Shown here: in pieces, positions 20,582 to 31,331 of the stretch
Numbering within the stretch: position 1 is the first letter of the stretch
How the letters are laid out: every line of letters starts with the position of its first letter
Assembly: GCA_963737525.1 (NCBI GenBank)
Contig: CAVTTD010000017.1
Span: forward strand, 515-64,514
Length of the DNA: 64,000 bases
Source of the DNA: an uncultured Actinomycetota bacterium
GTDB taxonomy: Bacteria; Actinomycetota; UBA4738; HRBIN12
Reading direction: 5' to 3'
The notes under the pieces: generated by a model
What the model saw: only the letters and a program-made list of their open reading frames with translations
Told to the model about the DNA's origin: nothing
Database searches by the model: none
Translations under genes and position numbers: made by a program

Positions 20582-21270
20582 AGCTCCTTGAACGCGTACC
20601 CGACGCCGTGCACGGTCCGGATGAAACGCGGGTCGTTGCCGTCCTCGCCGATCTTCCGTCGCAGGCGAGCCACGTGCGAATCGACGACACGGCCACCCGC
20701 GTGATCGCGATAGCCCCAGATGCGATCCATCAGCTGGTCCCGGGAGAGGACGACACCCGGCTCGCGGGCGAGGGCGTGGAGGATCTCGAACTCGAGGGGC
20801 GTCAACGGCACCTCGGCGCCGTCCACCTCGACGCGGCGGCGCTTCGCGTCCACCAGGAGGCCTCCCCGCTCGATCGGTTCGCTGTCGGTCGACCCCTCGA
20901 TCCGCTCGCGCCGCCGCAGGATCGCCTGGACGCGGACGGAGAGCTCCCGGAGGCTGAACGGCTTGGTGAGGTAGTCGTCGGCTCCGACGGCGAAGCCGGC
21001 GACCTTATCCGCCTCCTCCGTCCGGGCGGTGAGCATGAGCACCGGGGTCCATCCGTTCCGCTGGATCCGGGTACACACCTCGAGACCGTCCATCCCCGGC
21101 AGCATCAGATCGAGCACGACCAGGTCGGGACGATGCTCCGCGTGCTTGCGGAGCGCCTCGGGCCCGTCGGAGGCGACGACCACGTCGTAGCCCTCGCTCT
21201 GGAGACGGGCCCGAACGGCTTCGGCGATCGCGTCCTCGTCCTCGACGACGAGCACGGTCTGAGCTGCCAC
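20578..21270 (-). CDS. OmpR/PhoB-family response regulator
   Basis: 230 aa; receiver (VLVVEDEDAIAE...LVVLDLMLPGMDG...TKPF) plus winged-helix (DSHVARLRRKIG...VGYAF). The kinase start overlaps its stop (ATGA). Confidence 0.92.
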   Translation of the reverse strand: MAAQTVLVVEDEDAIAEAVRARLQSEGYDVVVASDGPEALRKHAEHRPDLVVLDLMLPGMDGLEVCTRIQRNGWTPVLMLTARTEEADKVAGFAVGADDYLTKPFSLRELSVRVQAILRRRERIEGSTDSEPIERGGLLVDAKRRRVEVDGAEVPLTPLEFEILHALAREPGVVLSRDQLMDRIWGYRDHAGGRVVDSHVARLRRKIGEDGNDPRFIRTVHGVGYAFKEL

Positions 21271-21349
21271 GGAGCCATCGTATCCACCGCGTCCGGGGCA
21301 CCGTACGGCCGGGGGATGGAGAAATCGTGTCGGCGTGCTCCGGGGAGAG

Positions 21350-22476
21350 CTAGATGGTCGGGAGTGGCTGCGTGATGTCGAGGAAGACCGTCGCGATCGC
21401 GAAGATCGAGAGGAACACGATCACCGCCGCGGAGATGGGGACGAGCTTCCGGTAGTCGGCCTGCCGACCGGTGAGCTTCTCCCAAGCCAGGAGCGCCAGG
21501 TGACCTCCGTCGAGCGGCGGCAAGGGAACAAGGTTCACGACGCCGATGAACACGGTCACATACGCGGCGAAGCCGAGGAACAGAGCCCAGTCGCCCCGAT
21601 CACCCGCAACGCCGATCTGGCGGCTCACCCCGACGAGGCTCGTCGGGTCGTCGGCGCGACGTGGCTCGTCGCTGAACAGGACGGTGAACGTTCGACCCAC
21701 GCCTTGGGTGAAGATCTTCGGGATCGCCGCCACGCTGTTCCAGGTGGCCTTCCCGACCCATCGGCCCGACGCGACCGCCGCCTCCGGGAGCGAAAGGGGC
21801 TCCGGGCCCAAGCGTGAACCCGATCCTCCCCTTCGTCGCGCCGTCCTCCGTGACGAGCTTCGGCACGATCCGCAACGTGATGATCCGTCCGTCGCGTTCC
21901 ACCACGTAGCGAGGGGTTCGTCCGGGTGCTCGCTTCGCGAAGCGGGTCACGTACCGCCCGAGCGTCTCCGGAGTCGGACCGGACGATCTCGCCGACGCGC
22001 ACGACGACATCGCCGACCCGGAGTCCGGCTACCTTCGCCGGCGACACGTCGCCGCTGAGCGTCCCCGAGACATCACCGACGACCACCTTGTTGGTATCGA
22101 GGTTCCCGTACGTGGCGAAGAGCACGAAGTACAGGACGGCACCCATGAGGAAGTGCGATCCGGGACCCGCGAGGATCACCAGCGCTCGCTGCCAGATCGG
22201 CTTGGACCCGTACGCGCGCGGAAGATCTTCGGATGGAACCGTCTCGTAGGGATTCATCCCGGCGATCTTCACGTAGCCGCCGGCCGGGATCGCCTTGACG
22301 CCGTACTCGATCTCCCCGCGCTTCCTCGACCAGAGCCTCGGTCCGAACCCGACGAAATACTCCGTCACTTTGAAGGCGTAACGACGAGCCACCAGCAGGT
22401 GGCCGAGTTCGTGGAGGGGTATGACGACGAGGAGGATCAGCGCGAGGAAGCCGGCGATCGCGTAGACGCTCCCCAC
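21350..22476 (-). CDS. rseP: RseP-type site-2 protease (M50, with PDZ domain); two apparent frameshifts
   Basis: Three frames in order. HELGH N-terminus: MGSVYAIAGFLALILLVVIPLHELGHLLVARRY... PDZ middle: YVVERDGRIITLRIVPKLVTEDGATKGRIGF. C-terminus with NLVPLPPLDGGH. Frame joins at about 21969-21990 and 21800-21815 (GGGCCC context). Confidence 0.8.
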
Positions 22477-23633
22477 CTAGCGGGCCTCGATGATCTCGGC
22501 GGTGCGTCGGCGAGCCCATGCATCTGCCCGCTCGATGTGCACGACCGAGACCACCGAGGGTGGTTCGTGTTCATCGACGATCGTCTGGACGATCTCCACG
22601 ATGCGTGGGAGCGGGATCTTCCCCTCGAGGAACGCCATCACGGCCACCTCGTTCGCAGCGTTCATCACGGCGGGGAACGTGAGCCCGAGTCCCCCGACGC
22701 GGTAGGCGAGGTCCACCGCGGGGAAGGCCTCGTGGTCGACGGGCTCGAACGTGAGCTTCGTCTCCGTGAGCGGCAGCGAGGCCACGCCGGTCGGGAGTCG
22801 CTCCGGCCACCCCAGGGCGAGCTGGATCGGCAAGCGCATGTCCGCCGTCGCCATCTCCGCGCGCATCGAGCCGTCCTTGAACTCCGCGATCGCGTGCACC
22901 ACCCCTTGGGGTGGATCAGCACGTGGATCTGCGAGTACTCGAGACCGAAGAGGTAGTGCGCCTCGATCACCTCGAGACCCTTGTTCATCAACGTCGCCGA
23001 GTCGATCGTGATCTTCGGTCCCATCGACCACACCGGGTGCTGCAGCGCCTCCTTCATCGAGGCCTTCGCGAGCTCCGTCGCGGTCCAGCCCCGGAAGGGG
23101 CCACCGGAGCCCGTGATGACGACGCGCTTGAGATCTTCCCGGCGCTCGCCGCGGAGCGCCATGGCGAGCGCCGCGTGCTCGGAGTCGACGGGCCGCAAGC
23201 GTTCGGGCTCGCCCTTGATGAGGTCCATGACGAGCTCTCCGCCCACGACGAGCGATTCCTTGTTGGCGAGCGCGACGGTCTTGCCGTTCTGCAACGCAGC
23301 GAGCGTCGGCGCCAAGCCGGACGACCCCACCAGGGCGTTCAGGACGATGTCGGCCTCGGTGTCTGCGGCGAGTCGCTCGGCGGCATCGGGCCCGATGAGG
23401 AGCTCGACGCCGCGCAGCGAACTGAGGACCGCCCGCACCTCCTCGGCCGCGTCCTCATCAGCGATCGCGACGAACGGCGGCAGGAACTCGCGGATCTGGC
23501 CGATCAACAGTTCCTGATTGGTTCCGGCGACGGAGAGTCCGACGACCTTGAATCGCTCGGGATTGCGACGGACGACATCCAGCGCCTGGGTCCCGACCGA
23601 CCCGGTCGAACCGAGGATGGTGATGCTCCGCAT
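22477..23633 (-). CDS. dxr: 1-deoxy-D-xylulose 5-phosphate reductoisomerase; one apparent frameshift
   Basis: N-terminal frame MRSITILGSTGSVGTQALDVV...SQIHVLIHP. C-terminal frame QGVVHAIAEFKDGSMRAEMATADMRLPIQLALGWPERL... Shift at a G4 run near 22908. Confidence 0.88.
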
Positions 23634-23687
23634 GGGGAACAGACTACCCCCGACCGCAAGGCAACAAGCGGCGGATCGCCCAGATCT

Positions 23688-25263
23688 CTAGAACGCGATG
23701 AGGCGAAGCAGGAGAAGAGCCGCGGGCGCCACGAACAAGAGCGAATCGATCCTGTCGAGAACACCCCCGTGGCCGGGCAGGACGCTCCCCATGTCCTTCA
23801 CGCCGACGTCTCGCTTGATCAACGATTCGGCCAGATCGCCGAAGGTGGCCGCCAGCGAGACGACGATGCCGAGCAACACGGCGTTCAGCCGCCCGTCCAC
23901 GAAGATGCCCGGACCCGCGTCGACGAACGCGGTGACGAAGGCGGACGAAAGGATGATCGTCCCGAGCGAGGCCACGATGAGGCCTTCGATCGACTTCTTC
24001 GGGCTCGTGGCCGGGGCGAGCGGCCGCTGGATGAACGATCCCCCCCAGACGGAGCCGGTCAGGAACGCCAACGTGTCGAACGCGAACGTGAGACCGATCA
24101 CGGCGACCACGACGGAGGTCTCGAACGTGGTGAGGATGATCAGCAGCGAGCCCGCGAGCCCGGGGATCCAGAGCAACCCGAGCAACGTGAGTCCGATGTT
24201 CCCGGCGGTGTCCTTCCGGTGGGCCGCCGGAACCGTCATGTACCAGAGGAAGGTCGCCAGCACGCCGAGCGTCAGCATCGACAGGAGGCCGGCCTCGCCG
24301 TGGTAGTACGCGCCGGCGAGCATCAACGCGCCACTCACGAGTCCGACCGCCGTCGCGGGTTGGCGATGATGCTTCACCATCACCCCGATACAACTCACCC
24401 TGGGCCACGAGCGCGACGATGGAAGCGACGAGCGCGAAGACACCGTCGCCGATCAACAGGGCGACCAGCGCGACCCCCGCCAGCACGACGCCGGTCAGGA
24501 ACGCGGCGGGAACGTCGCGCTCGGTTCCCCGCCGGTCGAGGTCGGCTCCGACCTCGACGGCCGCCGGCTCCTGCCAGCTCGGACCGCCGAGTCCTTCGGC
24601 GCCGACGACGATCGTGCGGGCCGGTTCCTCCTCGGCCATCGCGGCGAAGACGTCCTCGTCCGCGTCGCCCGGTGGGTACGGCTCCGCGCCGAGCTCGTCC
24701 ATCAGGTCCGCGGCGTTCTCCTCGTCGATCTGGACGACGCGTGCAGCCGGCGCCCCGGCCCCTTCATCGCCAGCCGGTTCGGCGAAATGGGCCGCGGCTT
24801 CCTCCAACTCCTCGGCGGACGGCCGCTCATCCTCGTCCTCTTCCGCAGGCCACTCATCGGTCGCGGCCGGCCGCGCGAAGAGGTCTCCCTGGTCGTCGTC
24901 CGGCTGCTCCATCTCGGCGGCACGGACGACGGGCTCCTCGTCGGCATGGGCGTCGTCGCTGTCTTCGGCCGAGGCTCCGAGCGCCTGGTCGACGGGCTCG
25001 AGCGAGGCCGTGTCGTACCAGTCGGTCTCGTCTTCCTCGTCGTCGTCCTCGAAAGCGTCCGCGCCTCCGGGCGCTTCCGCGCCGGCTGGGGGGACCGAGA
25101 CCACCGCTTCGGGCTCGCTCCGCACGGACACGTGCTCCTCGCCCGGCGGTCCGCCCGCGGGCGCTGCGTCCTCCGACTCGTCCCACTCGACGTCCTTGAT
25201 CGGAGCGAAGAACTTGTCGAGATCCTCGAACAGATCGTCGCCCTCGTGCTCGTCGTCGGGCAC
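23688..25263 (-). CDS. cdsA: phosphatidate cytidylyltransferase with ~230-aa acidic N-terminal extension; one apparent frameshift
   Basis: GTG at 25263 overlaps the frr stop. D/E-rich low-complexity region, then the first TM AFLTGVVLAGVALVALLIGDGVFALV...AQGELYR. Frame switch near a C4 run at about 24381-24386. Remainder includes the signature GDLAESLIKRDVGVKDMGSVLPGHGGVLDRIDSLLF. Confidence 0.75.
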
Positions 25264-25823
25264 TAGACCTCCATGAGCTCAGATTCCTTGTGGCGCTGGA
25301 TCTCATCGATCTCGGCCACGTACCGGTCCGTCAGCTTCTGGAGCTCCTTCTCTCCCCTCGAGAGCTCATCTTCCGAGATGGAATGCTCTCGCTCAAGCTT
25401 CTCCATATCATCCTTGGCGTGCCGCCGGACGTTGCGGACCGCCACGCGGCCCTCCTCAGCCCGGTGATGCAGCTGTTTGACGAGCTCCTTCCGGCGTTCT
25501 TCCGTGAGCGGCGGGAACGCGAGGCGAACCACCTGCCCGTCGTTCGACGGCGTGATCCCGAGGTCGCTCTGCTGGATCGCCTTCTCGATCTGCACGATCG
25601 AGTTCTTGTCGAACGGCTGGACCACGAGCAGCCGGGGCTCGGGGACGTTCACGGAGGCCAGCTGGTTCAGCGGGACAGGCGAGCCGTAGTACTCGACCAT
25701 GATCCGGCTGAGCACGGCGCCCGAGGCGCGTCCGGTCCTGATGGCCGACAGATCCTCGCGAAGGTGGAACACCGCCTGCTCCATCTTGTGATCCGCGTCC
25801 TTCAGTGCCGAGTCGACCGTCAT
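25263..25823 (-). CDS. frr: ribosome recycling factor
   Basis: 186 aa; typical RRF sequence (...[48 protein letters not shown]...). Confidence 0.95.
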   Translation of the reverse strand: MTVDSALKDADHKMEQAVFHLREDLSAIRTGRASGAVLSRIMVEYYGSPVPLNQLASVNVPEPRLLVVQPFDKNSIVQIEKAIQQSDLGITPSNDGQVVRLAFPPLTEERRKELVKQLHHRAEEGRVAVRNVRRHAKDDMEKLEREHSISEDELSRGEKELQKLTDRYVAEIDEIQRHKESELMEV

Positions 25824-26554
25824 ATCGCGCCGCCGTGGACCAGCGATCCCACCGGCTCACCTGTGACGACCCGGCGGATGTTGCCCTCCTCCCAGAGGTC
25901 GAACACGATGATCGGCAGCTTGTTCTCCATGCAGAGGGAGATCGCCGTGGCATCCATCACCTGGTAGCCCTCGCGGAGGATGTCCACGTACTCGATCGTG
26001 TCCAATCGCGACGCCCCCGGCACCACTTTCGGGTCGGCGGTGTAGACCCCGTCCACCTTGGTCCCCTTGAGGAGCGCGTCGGCGCCGATCTCGAGGGCAC
26101 GCTGCGCGGCGCACGTGTCCGTCGAGAAGTACGGAACGCCGAGGCCGGCCGCGAAGATCACGACGCGACCCTTCTCCAGATGACGTCGCGCGCGCAGCGG
26201 GATGAACGGCTCGGCGAGCTGGGTCATCTCGATCGCGGTCTGGACCCGCGTCGCCACGTGCAGCTTCTCGAGGGAGTCCTGCAGTGCGAGGGCGTTCATC
26301 ACGGTGGCCAGCATCCCCATGTAATCGGCGCGGCTCCGCTCGATCCCAGGGGCCTGACGGCCCCGCCAGATGTTGCCGCCGCCGACGACGACCGCGATCT
26401 GGACGCCGAGATCCACGACCTCGGCGAGCTGCCGGCCGATCAACGCGGTCGCCTCGGTGCTGATCCCGGAACCTTCGGGCGACGCGAACGCCTCGCCCGA
26501 GAGCTTGAGGAGGACGCGGTGGTACCCGGCCCTCCCGGCCCTCTTGTCGGTCAC
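25820..26554 (-). CDS. pyrH: UMP kinase
   Basis: 244 aa; [36 protein letters not shown]. Confidence 0.95.
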   Translation of the reverse strand: MTDKRAGRAGYHRVLLKLSGEAFASPEGSGISTEATALIGRQLAEVVDLGVQIAVVVGGGNIWRGRQAPGIERSRADYMGMLATVMNALALQDSLEKLHVATRVQTAIEMTQLAEPFIPLRARRHLEKGRVVIFAAGLGVPYFSTDTCAAQRALEIGADALLKGTKVDGVYTADPKVVPGASRLDTIEYVDILREGYQVMDATAISLCMENKLPIIVFDLWEEGNIRRVVTGEPVGSLVHGGAI

Positions 26555-26610
26555 GTTCGCGCGCGCTCCCCTCGTGAACGCCGTGGCGCCGGCGTCTCTC
26601 CTTGAAGACC

Positions 26611-27222
26611 TTAGGCCTCGGTGGACTCACCCAGCTTGTATCGGACGAACCGGCGGACGGCAACCTTCTCCCCGACCTTGGCACCCATCTCGTCGAGGAG
26701 CTGCTGGATCGTCTTCGAGTCGTCCTTGACGAACGGCTGGTCCAGCAGGACCGAATCCTCGTAGAACGCCCGGAGCTTCCCTTCGACGATCTTGTCGATG
26801 ACGTTGTCCGGCTTCCCGGACTCCTTGGCCTGCACGCGGGCGATGTGCTCCTCCTGTTCCACCACCTGTGCGGGAACGTCCTCGCGAGTGAGCCACTGTG
26901 GCGCGGCCGGGCTCGCGATGTGAAGCGCGATGTCTTTCACGAGCTGCCGGAACTCGTCCGTGTTCGCGACGAAGTCCGTCTCGCTGTTCACCTCGACGAG
27001 GACGCCCACCGTGTTGTTGAAGTGGATGTAGCTGTCGATCAGACCTTGGTCCGCTGCGCGACCCGCCCGCTTCGCAGCCGAAGCGAGGCCCTTCTCGCGG
27101 AGCAGCTCGATCGCCTTGTCGACGTCACCGTCGGTTTCCTGGAGGGCTCGTTTGCAATCCATCATCCCCGCGCCGGTCAGGTCGCGGAGGTTCTTCACCT
27201 GCCCTGCTGAGATCTCGGTCAT
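26611..27222 (-). CDS. tsf: elongation factor Ts
   Basis: 203 aa; N-terminal UBA-like motif [19 protein letters not shown]. Confidence 0.93.
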   Translation of the reverse strand: MTEISAGQVKNLRDLTGAGMMDCKRALQETDGDVDKAIELLREKGLASAAKRAGRAADQGLIDSYIHFNNTVGVLVEVNSETDFVANTDEFRQLVKDIALHIASPAAPQWLTREDVPAQVVEQEEHIARVQAKESGKPDNVIDKIVEGKLRAFYEDSVLLDQPFVKDDSKTIQQLLDEMGAKVGEKVAVRRFVRYKLGESTEA

Positions 27223-28145
27223 CCGGCGTTGTCCACCACGGTGTCACCGGGGGCCTCGGCTGCGCCGCCGTCATCGGACTCGACGACGACCTCGGGTTCG
27301 GTGCTGGGGAGGTCGGGCTCGAACACGGTGCTGGCCGCGATCGCCCTCGCGTCCTCGGGCGACGGCACGTCTTCGTCCGCAGGACCCGGAGCGGCGGTGG
27401 TGGATCGACGGGGGGCGGCGGAAGGCCGCCGCGAGACCGACTTCTCGATCACCTCGTCCTTCGCCATCCCGTATCCCTCGGCGAGTGCATCCGCGATCAC
27501 GCGGGTGACGAGGCTGACCGCGCGGATCGCGTCATCGTTCCCCGGGATGACGTAGTCGACCTCGTCCGGGTCGCAGTTCGTGTCGACGATCGCGATCACC
27601 GGGATGTCCAGCTTCCTCGCCTCGGTGACGGCGATCTGCTCCTTCTTGGTGTCCACGACGAAGACGGCGTCCGGGAGGCGCTCGAGCGCCTGGATCCCGC
27701 CCAGGTTCCGTTCGAGCTTCTCGCGCTCGTGTTGGAGACGGATCACTTCCTTCTTGGGCAGGTTGTCCATCGCGCCCGACGATTCCATCTCCCGCAGCTC
27801 GCGGAGACGGATCAGCCGGCGGGAGATCGTGGTGAAGTTCGTCAACATCCCGCCGAGCCAGCGGTGGTTCACGAAGGGCATGCCGACGCGGTTCGCGTGC
27901 TCCTCGACGACTTCCTGGGCCTGCTTCTTGGTGCCGATGAACAGGACCGTTCCCCGGCGACGCCCGAGATCGCGAACGAACTCGTGCGTCTCCTCGATGC
28001 CTTCCAGCGACTTCTCGAGGTCGATGATGTAGATCCCGGATCGCTCCCCGAACAGGTAGCGCTGCATCTTCGGGTTCCACCGTCTGGTCTGGTGGCCGAA
28101 GTGCACGCCGGCCTCGAGGAGCTCCCGCCTGGTGACGACAGGCAC
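27219..28145 (-). CDS. rpsB: 30S ribosomal protein S2
   Basis: 308 aa; [27 protein letters not shown]..., plus an actinobacterial-type acidic C-terminal extension. SD AGGAGGGA lies upstream. Confidence 0.95.
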   Translation of the reverse strand: MPVVTRRELLEAGVHFGHQTRRWNPKMQRYLFGERSGIYIIDLEKSLEGIEETHEFVRDLGRRRGTVLFIGTKKQAQEVVEEHANRVGMPFVNHRWLGGMLTNFTTISRRLIRLRELREMESSGAMDNLPKKEVIRLQHEREKLERNLGGIQALERLPDAVFVVDTKKEQIAVTEARKLDIPVIAIVDTNCDPDEVDYVIPGNDDAIRAVSLVTRVIADALAEGYGMAKDEVIEKSVSRRPSAAPRRSTTAAPGPADEDVPSPEDARAIAASTVFEPDLPSTEPEVVVESDDGGAAEAPGDTVVDNAG

Positions 28146-28324
28146 GTTTCCCTCCTGATGTGTGGTTTTCCCTCCGTCCGGATCTTCCCGTGGACGGCCC
28201 GGCCCGTGTGAGTCCTCGGACCCGGGACCCCGTCATCGCGGTCCTCGGACGTGTGTGCTCGACGGCTCGCGCCGTCGGCGTTGGGCAGTCTACCAGCGGC
28301 GATGCGCGCTCACGGCGGTGGTCG

Positions 28325-29242
28325 CTACCGCCGACCCCTCGTGCCCGCCCGGTCGCGAGAAGCTGCCGGGCGGACGGGCGCGTCCGGCACCTCGCCGGCG
28401 ATGGCGAGGTAGCGCAGCGCGAAGGCACCCAGGATCGCCGCGTGGAGAAGGTTCATCAGCACCACGTAGATCCAGGCCGAGAAGGGCGGGTTGACGTCGA
28501 GCAGCACCCCGGGGAGGCCGGGTGTGAGGAAGGTGGCGAAGATCGGCACGGCATAGAGGGCCGCGAACGTCAGGTTGCCGGAACCGGGCATCCTGGCGGC
28601 GCGCATCGAGCGCCCGAGGCAATCGAGGAGTCGCCGGCGTTCCGTCACCGCGATCACCGGTGCGAACGCGAACACCCAGGTCGCCCCCACGAGCGCCGCC
28701 ATCTGGACGATGAGGGCCAGCCCCCCTCCCCCCAGCGCCGCCACGATCTGGGCCGCGAACACGACGGCCACGCCGATCACGTGGAGCGCAAGGACCACGG
28801 GGTAGGCGCGGAGCCCCCGGATGGCACCCCACCGCGTGGCACCACCGCTCTCGATCGTCTCGATCGCGAGACCGACGAGGACCGAGAACCACAAGGCATG
28901 CACCGCCGCGGTGACGAACACGAAGAGGAGTCCTTGCCGGACGCCGAGGATGCCGGTCGAGAGGGAAAGATCCGTGAACGTGCTCAGTGGGGTGGGCGCC
29001 GACACGTGGGCGAGCAACGCGAACGGCCCCGGATACCCGAGAGCGATGACCACCAGCCACTCGGCGAGGAGCCAAACGAGGATGGCACCGACGACCAAGG
29101 GACTCGACCACGTGCCCGCGAGACCTCGAGTGAACGCCGTCCGGATCCTCGGCATCGAATCCATCGTCGGAGCCGACATGCCGGACAACAGTCCTCGCCG
29201 CGGTGGCGGCGCGGGCGCTCTCGCTCGGCTCCGTGCGCTCAT
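28325..29242 (-). CDS. polytopic integral membrane protein, hypothetical
   Basis: ATG at 29242 overlaps the upstream gene's stop (ATGA). 7-8 predicted TM helices (LVVGAILVWLLAEWLVVIALGY..., VVLALHVIGVAVVFAAQIVAALGGGGLALIVQMAAL...). Confidence 0.55.
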   Translation of the reverse strand: MSARSRARAPAPPPRRGLLSGMSAPTMDSMPRIRTAFTRGLAGTWSSPLVVGAILVWLLAEWLVVIALGYPGPFALLAHVSAPTPLSTFTDLSLSTGILGVRQGLLFVFVTAAVHALWFSVLVGLAIETIESGGATRWGAIRGLRAYPVVLALHVIGVAVVFAAQIVAALGGGGLALIVQMAALVGATWVFAFAPVIAVTERRRLLDCLGRSMRAARMPGSGNLTFAALYAVPIFATFLTPGLPGVLLDVNPPFSAWIYVVLMNLLHAAILGAFALRYLAIAGEVPDAPVRPAASRDRAGTRGRR

Positions 29243-30735
29243 CCCGACTCCTCGAGCGAGGGAGGGAGGGCCGGGCCGAGACGTCGCTGGAGCGGTCGGG
29301 CGAGGAGGAGCGCCACGAGACCCGTGAGCACGCCGCCGAGGAGGAACCCGATGAGCAGCTCGCCGATGTCGATCGTGGTCGGCGACGGCTCGTCGATCAA
29401 CGGAGCGGCCGGGTCCGCCCGGAACGCCACGAGCGCGGCATCGTCGAAGCCCATCACCCCGACGAGGAGGTCGCCCGCATCCGACAGGCCACGAAGGAAG
29501 GTCCGCCCCCCATCGACCCGCGAGACGACGTGCCCGCTCCGACGATCGACCGCGTACAGCGTGCCGGAGTCGGTTGGGACGAGCACCTGATCCCGCGTGA
29601 GGAGCGGCGGCGAGAACTGGGACGGATCGTTCAACGCCTGATCCCAGAGGAGGGCGCCGGTCTCGGCGTCGAAGGCGTAGACGCGCCCTGTCACATCGAC
29701 CGCGAAGACCTGACCGTCCGCCGAGACCGGCGCCGGCGCTCCCACCCCCTGCAAGAGGAACGGCTGGCCGCGGGGGGCGATCGGGTTGATCACCTCCGTG
29801 CGCCAGAGGAAGTGACCATCGGCGGCGTCGAACGCGATCACGCCCCCGAGGGCATCGAGCGTGAGCATGCGCGCGTCCGCCACGACCGGGGCGCTGACGA
29901 AGTTCGACGCATCTTCGGCGCTGGCACGCCACAGCTCGTCTCCGCTCTTGTCATCGAGCGCGACGATCTCCGAAGGCTTTTCCTGACCTCCCAGCGTGGT
30001 CGCGAGCACTCGGCCGGCGTCCAGGGTGACGGCGCCCGAGATCGGCGTCCCGAGCTCCTTCGTCCACCGCACGTCACCCGAGGCGAGATCGATGACGGTG
30101 ACGCGGCCGCCGACGTCTCCGATGTAGGCGCTGGTCTCATCAACGGTGACCGGGGTCTGGACGATGTCCTCGAGCTGGACCGGCGAAGGCCACGCCGGCT
30201 CGCCGGTCTCGAGGTCCACCGCGTTGACGTGGGAGTCGAAACCCCCGCCCGCGTCGTTCTGCCCCGCCGGGGACGGCGAGGGCGTGACGGATCCGCTCCC
30301 CGCAGGCCCGGTGTCCCCGAAACCCTCCGTGAACACGACGATCGAGCCGTCTGGCGCTTGCCCGATCGCGGGCTGCGAGGATGGTCCGAAGTCGCGTTCG
30401 GCGCTGAACACCGGTGATCCGTCTCGACCGTCGAATCCCAGGACGGCGGTCGGTGCGACCACGACGATCGTGCCGTCCTCCGCGACGACCGGGGACGACA
30501 GCCCACCGGTGGTGTCCGTTCCCTCGAGCGTGATGTCGTCGTTCGTCCACGCGACCGCCAACGGGGCCTGCGGGCCGTCGGAGAGGCCGTCGTGGGCGCC
30601 CGCGCCCTGGAATTGGGCCCAGTCGGCCAGCGCGGCGATCGGGGCGCCCGATGACGATCGCGACCGTGCAGGAGGCGACCGCCAGCGAGCGATGTGACGC
30701 GCGGGAGAGGTGGAAGAGGCGCAAGGCCGCGTCAT
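29239..30735 (-). CDS. PQQ-like beta-propeller repeat protein with C-terminal TM anchor; possible N-terminal frameshift
   Basis: Repeated motifs such as VYAFDAETGALLWD, GTLYAVDRRSGHVV, DVRWTKELG. C-terminal IGELLIGFLLGGVLTGLVALLLARP is a TM anchor. An alternative TTG start about 30724 in a neighbouring frame would add a signal peptide (MRLFHLSRASHRSLAVASCTVAIVIG), joined near 30640-30650. Confidence 0.7.
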   Translation of the reverse strand: MTRPCASSTSPARHIARWRSPPARSRSSSGAPIAALADWAQFQGAGAHDGLSDGPQAPLAVAWTNDDITLEGTDTTGGLSSPVVAEDGTIVVVAPTAVLGFDGRDGSPVFSAERDFGPSSQPAIGQAPDGSIVVFTEGFGDTGPAGSGSVTPSPSPAGQNDAGGGFDSHVNAVDLETGEPAWPSPVQLEDIVQTPVTVDETSAYIGDVGGRVTVIDLASGDVRWTKELGTPISGAVTLDAGRVLATTLGGQEKPSEIVALDDKSGDELWRASAEDASNFVSAPVVADARMLTLDALGGVIAFDAADGHFLWRTEVINPIAPRGQPFLLQGVGAPAPVSADGQVFAVDVTGRVYAFDAETGALLWDQALNDPSQFSPPLLTRDQVLVPTDSGTLYAVDRRSGHVVSRVDGGRTFLRGLSDAGDLLVGVMGFDDAALVAFRADPAAPLIDEPSPTTIDIGELLIGFLLGGVLTGLVALLLARPLQRRLGPALPPSLEESG

Positions 30736-30762
30736 CCTAGCGGCTCGCCTCTCGCGGAGTGT

Positions 30763-31260
30763 TCAGACCTCCAGCGGCGCGAGCCGGATGAACCGCCAGA
30801 CCTCGACCGGTCCGAGGTACTCGAGCGGATCCACGTAGGTGTCGTCGAGGAGCACCCCGAAATGCAGGTTGGGAACGAGGTCTCCGGCATGGCCGGTGCC
30901 TGACCGCGCGACCACCTGTCCCATGGAAACCGTGTCGCCGCGCCTGGCGGCGAGCGCGCTGAGGAAGGAGTACCGGGATTCCAGCCCCGCCCCGTGATCG
31001 ATCGTGAGGAACAGCCGCCCGCCGACCGGACCGGCGAACGTGACGACCCCCGCCTCCGCGGCGATGACGGGGGTGCCCACCGACGTGGCGATGTCGATCC
31101 CCCGGTGACCCGAGCCGAACGGAGTGTCCGGCGGGTCGAACCCGCGGATGACGGGACCGACGACGGGCCACGACCAGTCCGCGGCGGCGCGCGCCTGCCC
31201 GGCGGCTGCGGGCGCGAGCACCACCCATGCGACCGCTACGAACATGAGCAGCCTCTTCAC
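30763..31260 (-). CDS. secreted M23-family (LytM-domain) peptidase
   Basis: 165 aa; signal peptide MKRLLMFVAVAWVVLAPAAAGQA, then the M23 motifs HRGIDIA ... DHGAGLESRY ... HLHFGV. Confidence 0.85.
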   Translation of the reverse strand: MKRLLMFVAVAWVVLAPAAAGQARAAADWSWPVVGPVIRGFDPPDTPFGSGHRGIDIATSVGTPVIAAEAGVVTFAGPVGGRLFLTIDHGAGLESRYSFLSALAARRGDTVSMGQVVARSGTGHAGDLVPNLHFGVLLDDTYVDPLEYLGPVEVWRFIRLAPLEV

Positions 31261-31331
31261 GAGAACGACGCTAGAAGGCCTCGGCGGCGCGCGCCGTGAA
31301 ACGCGTCACATCGACGCGGAGGAACCGTCGG

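Noticed and set aside
22911-25199. 762-aa plus-strand ORF antisense to dxr-cdsA.
   Set aside because: Antisense of two conserved genes; RRRP-type composition.
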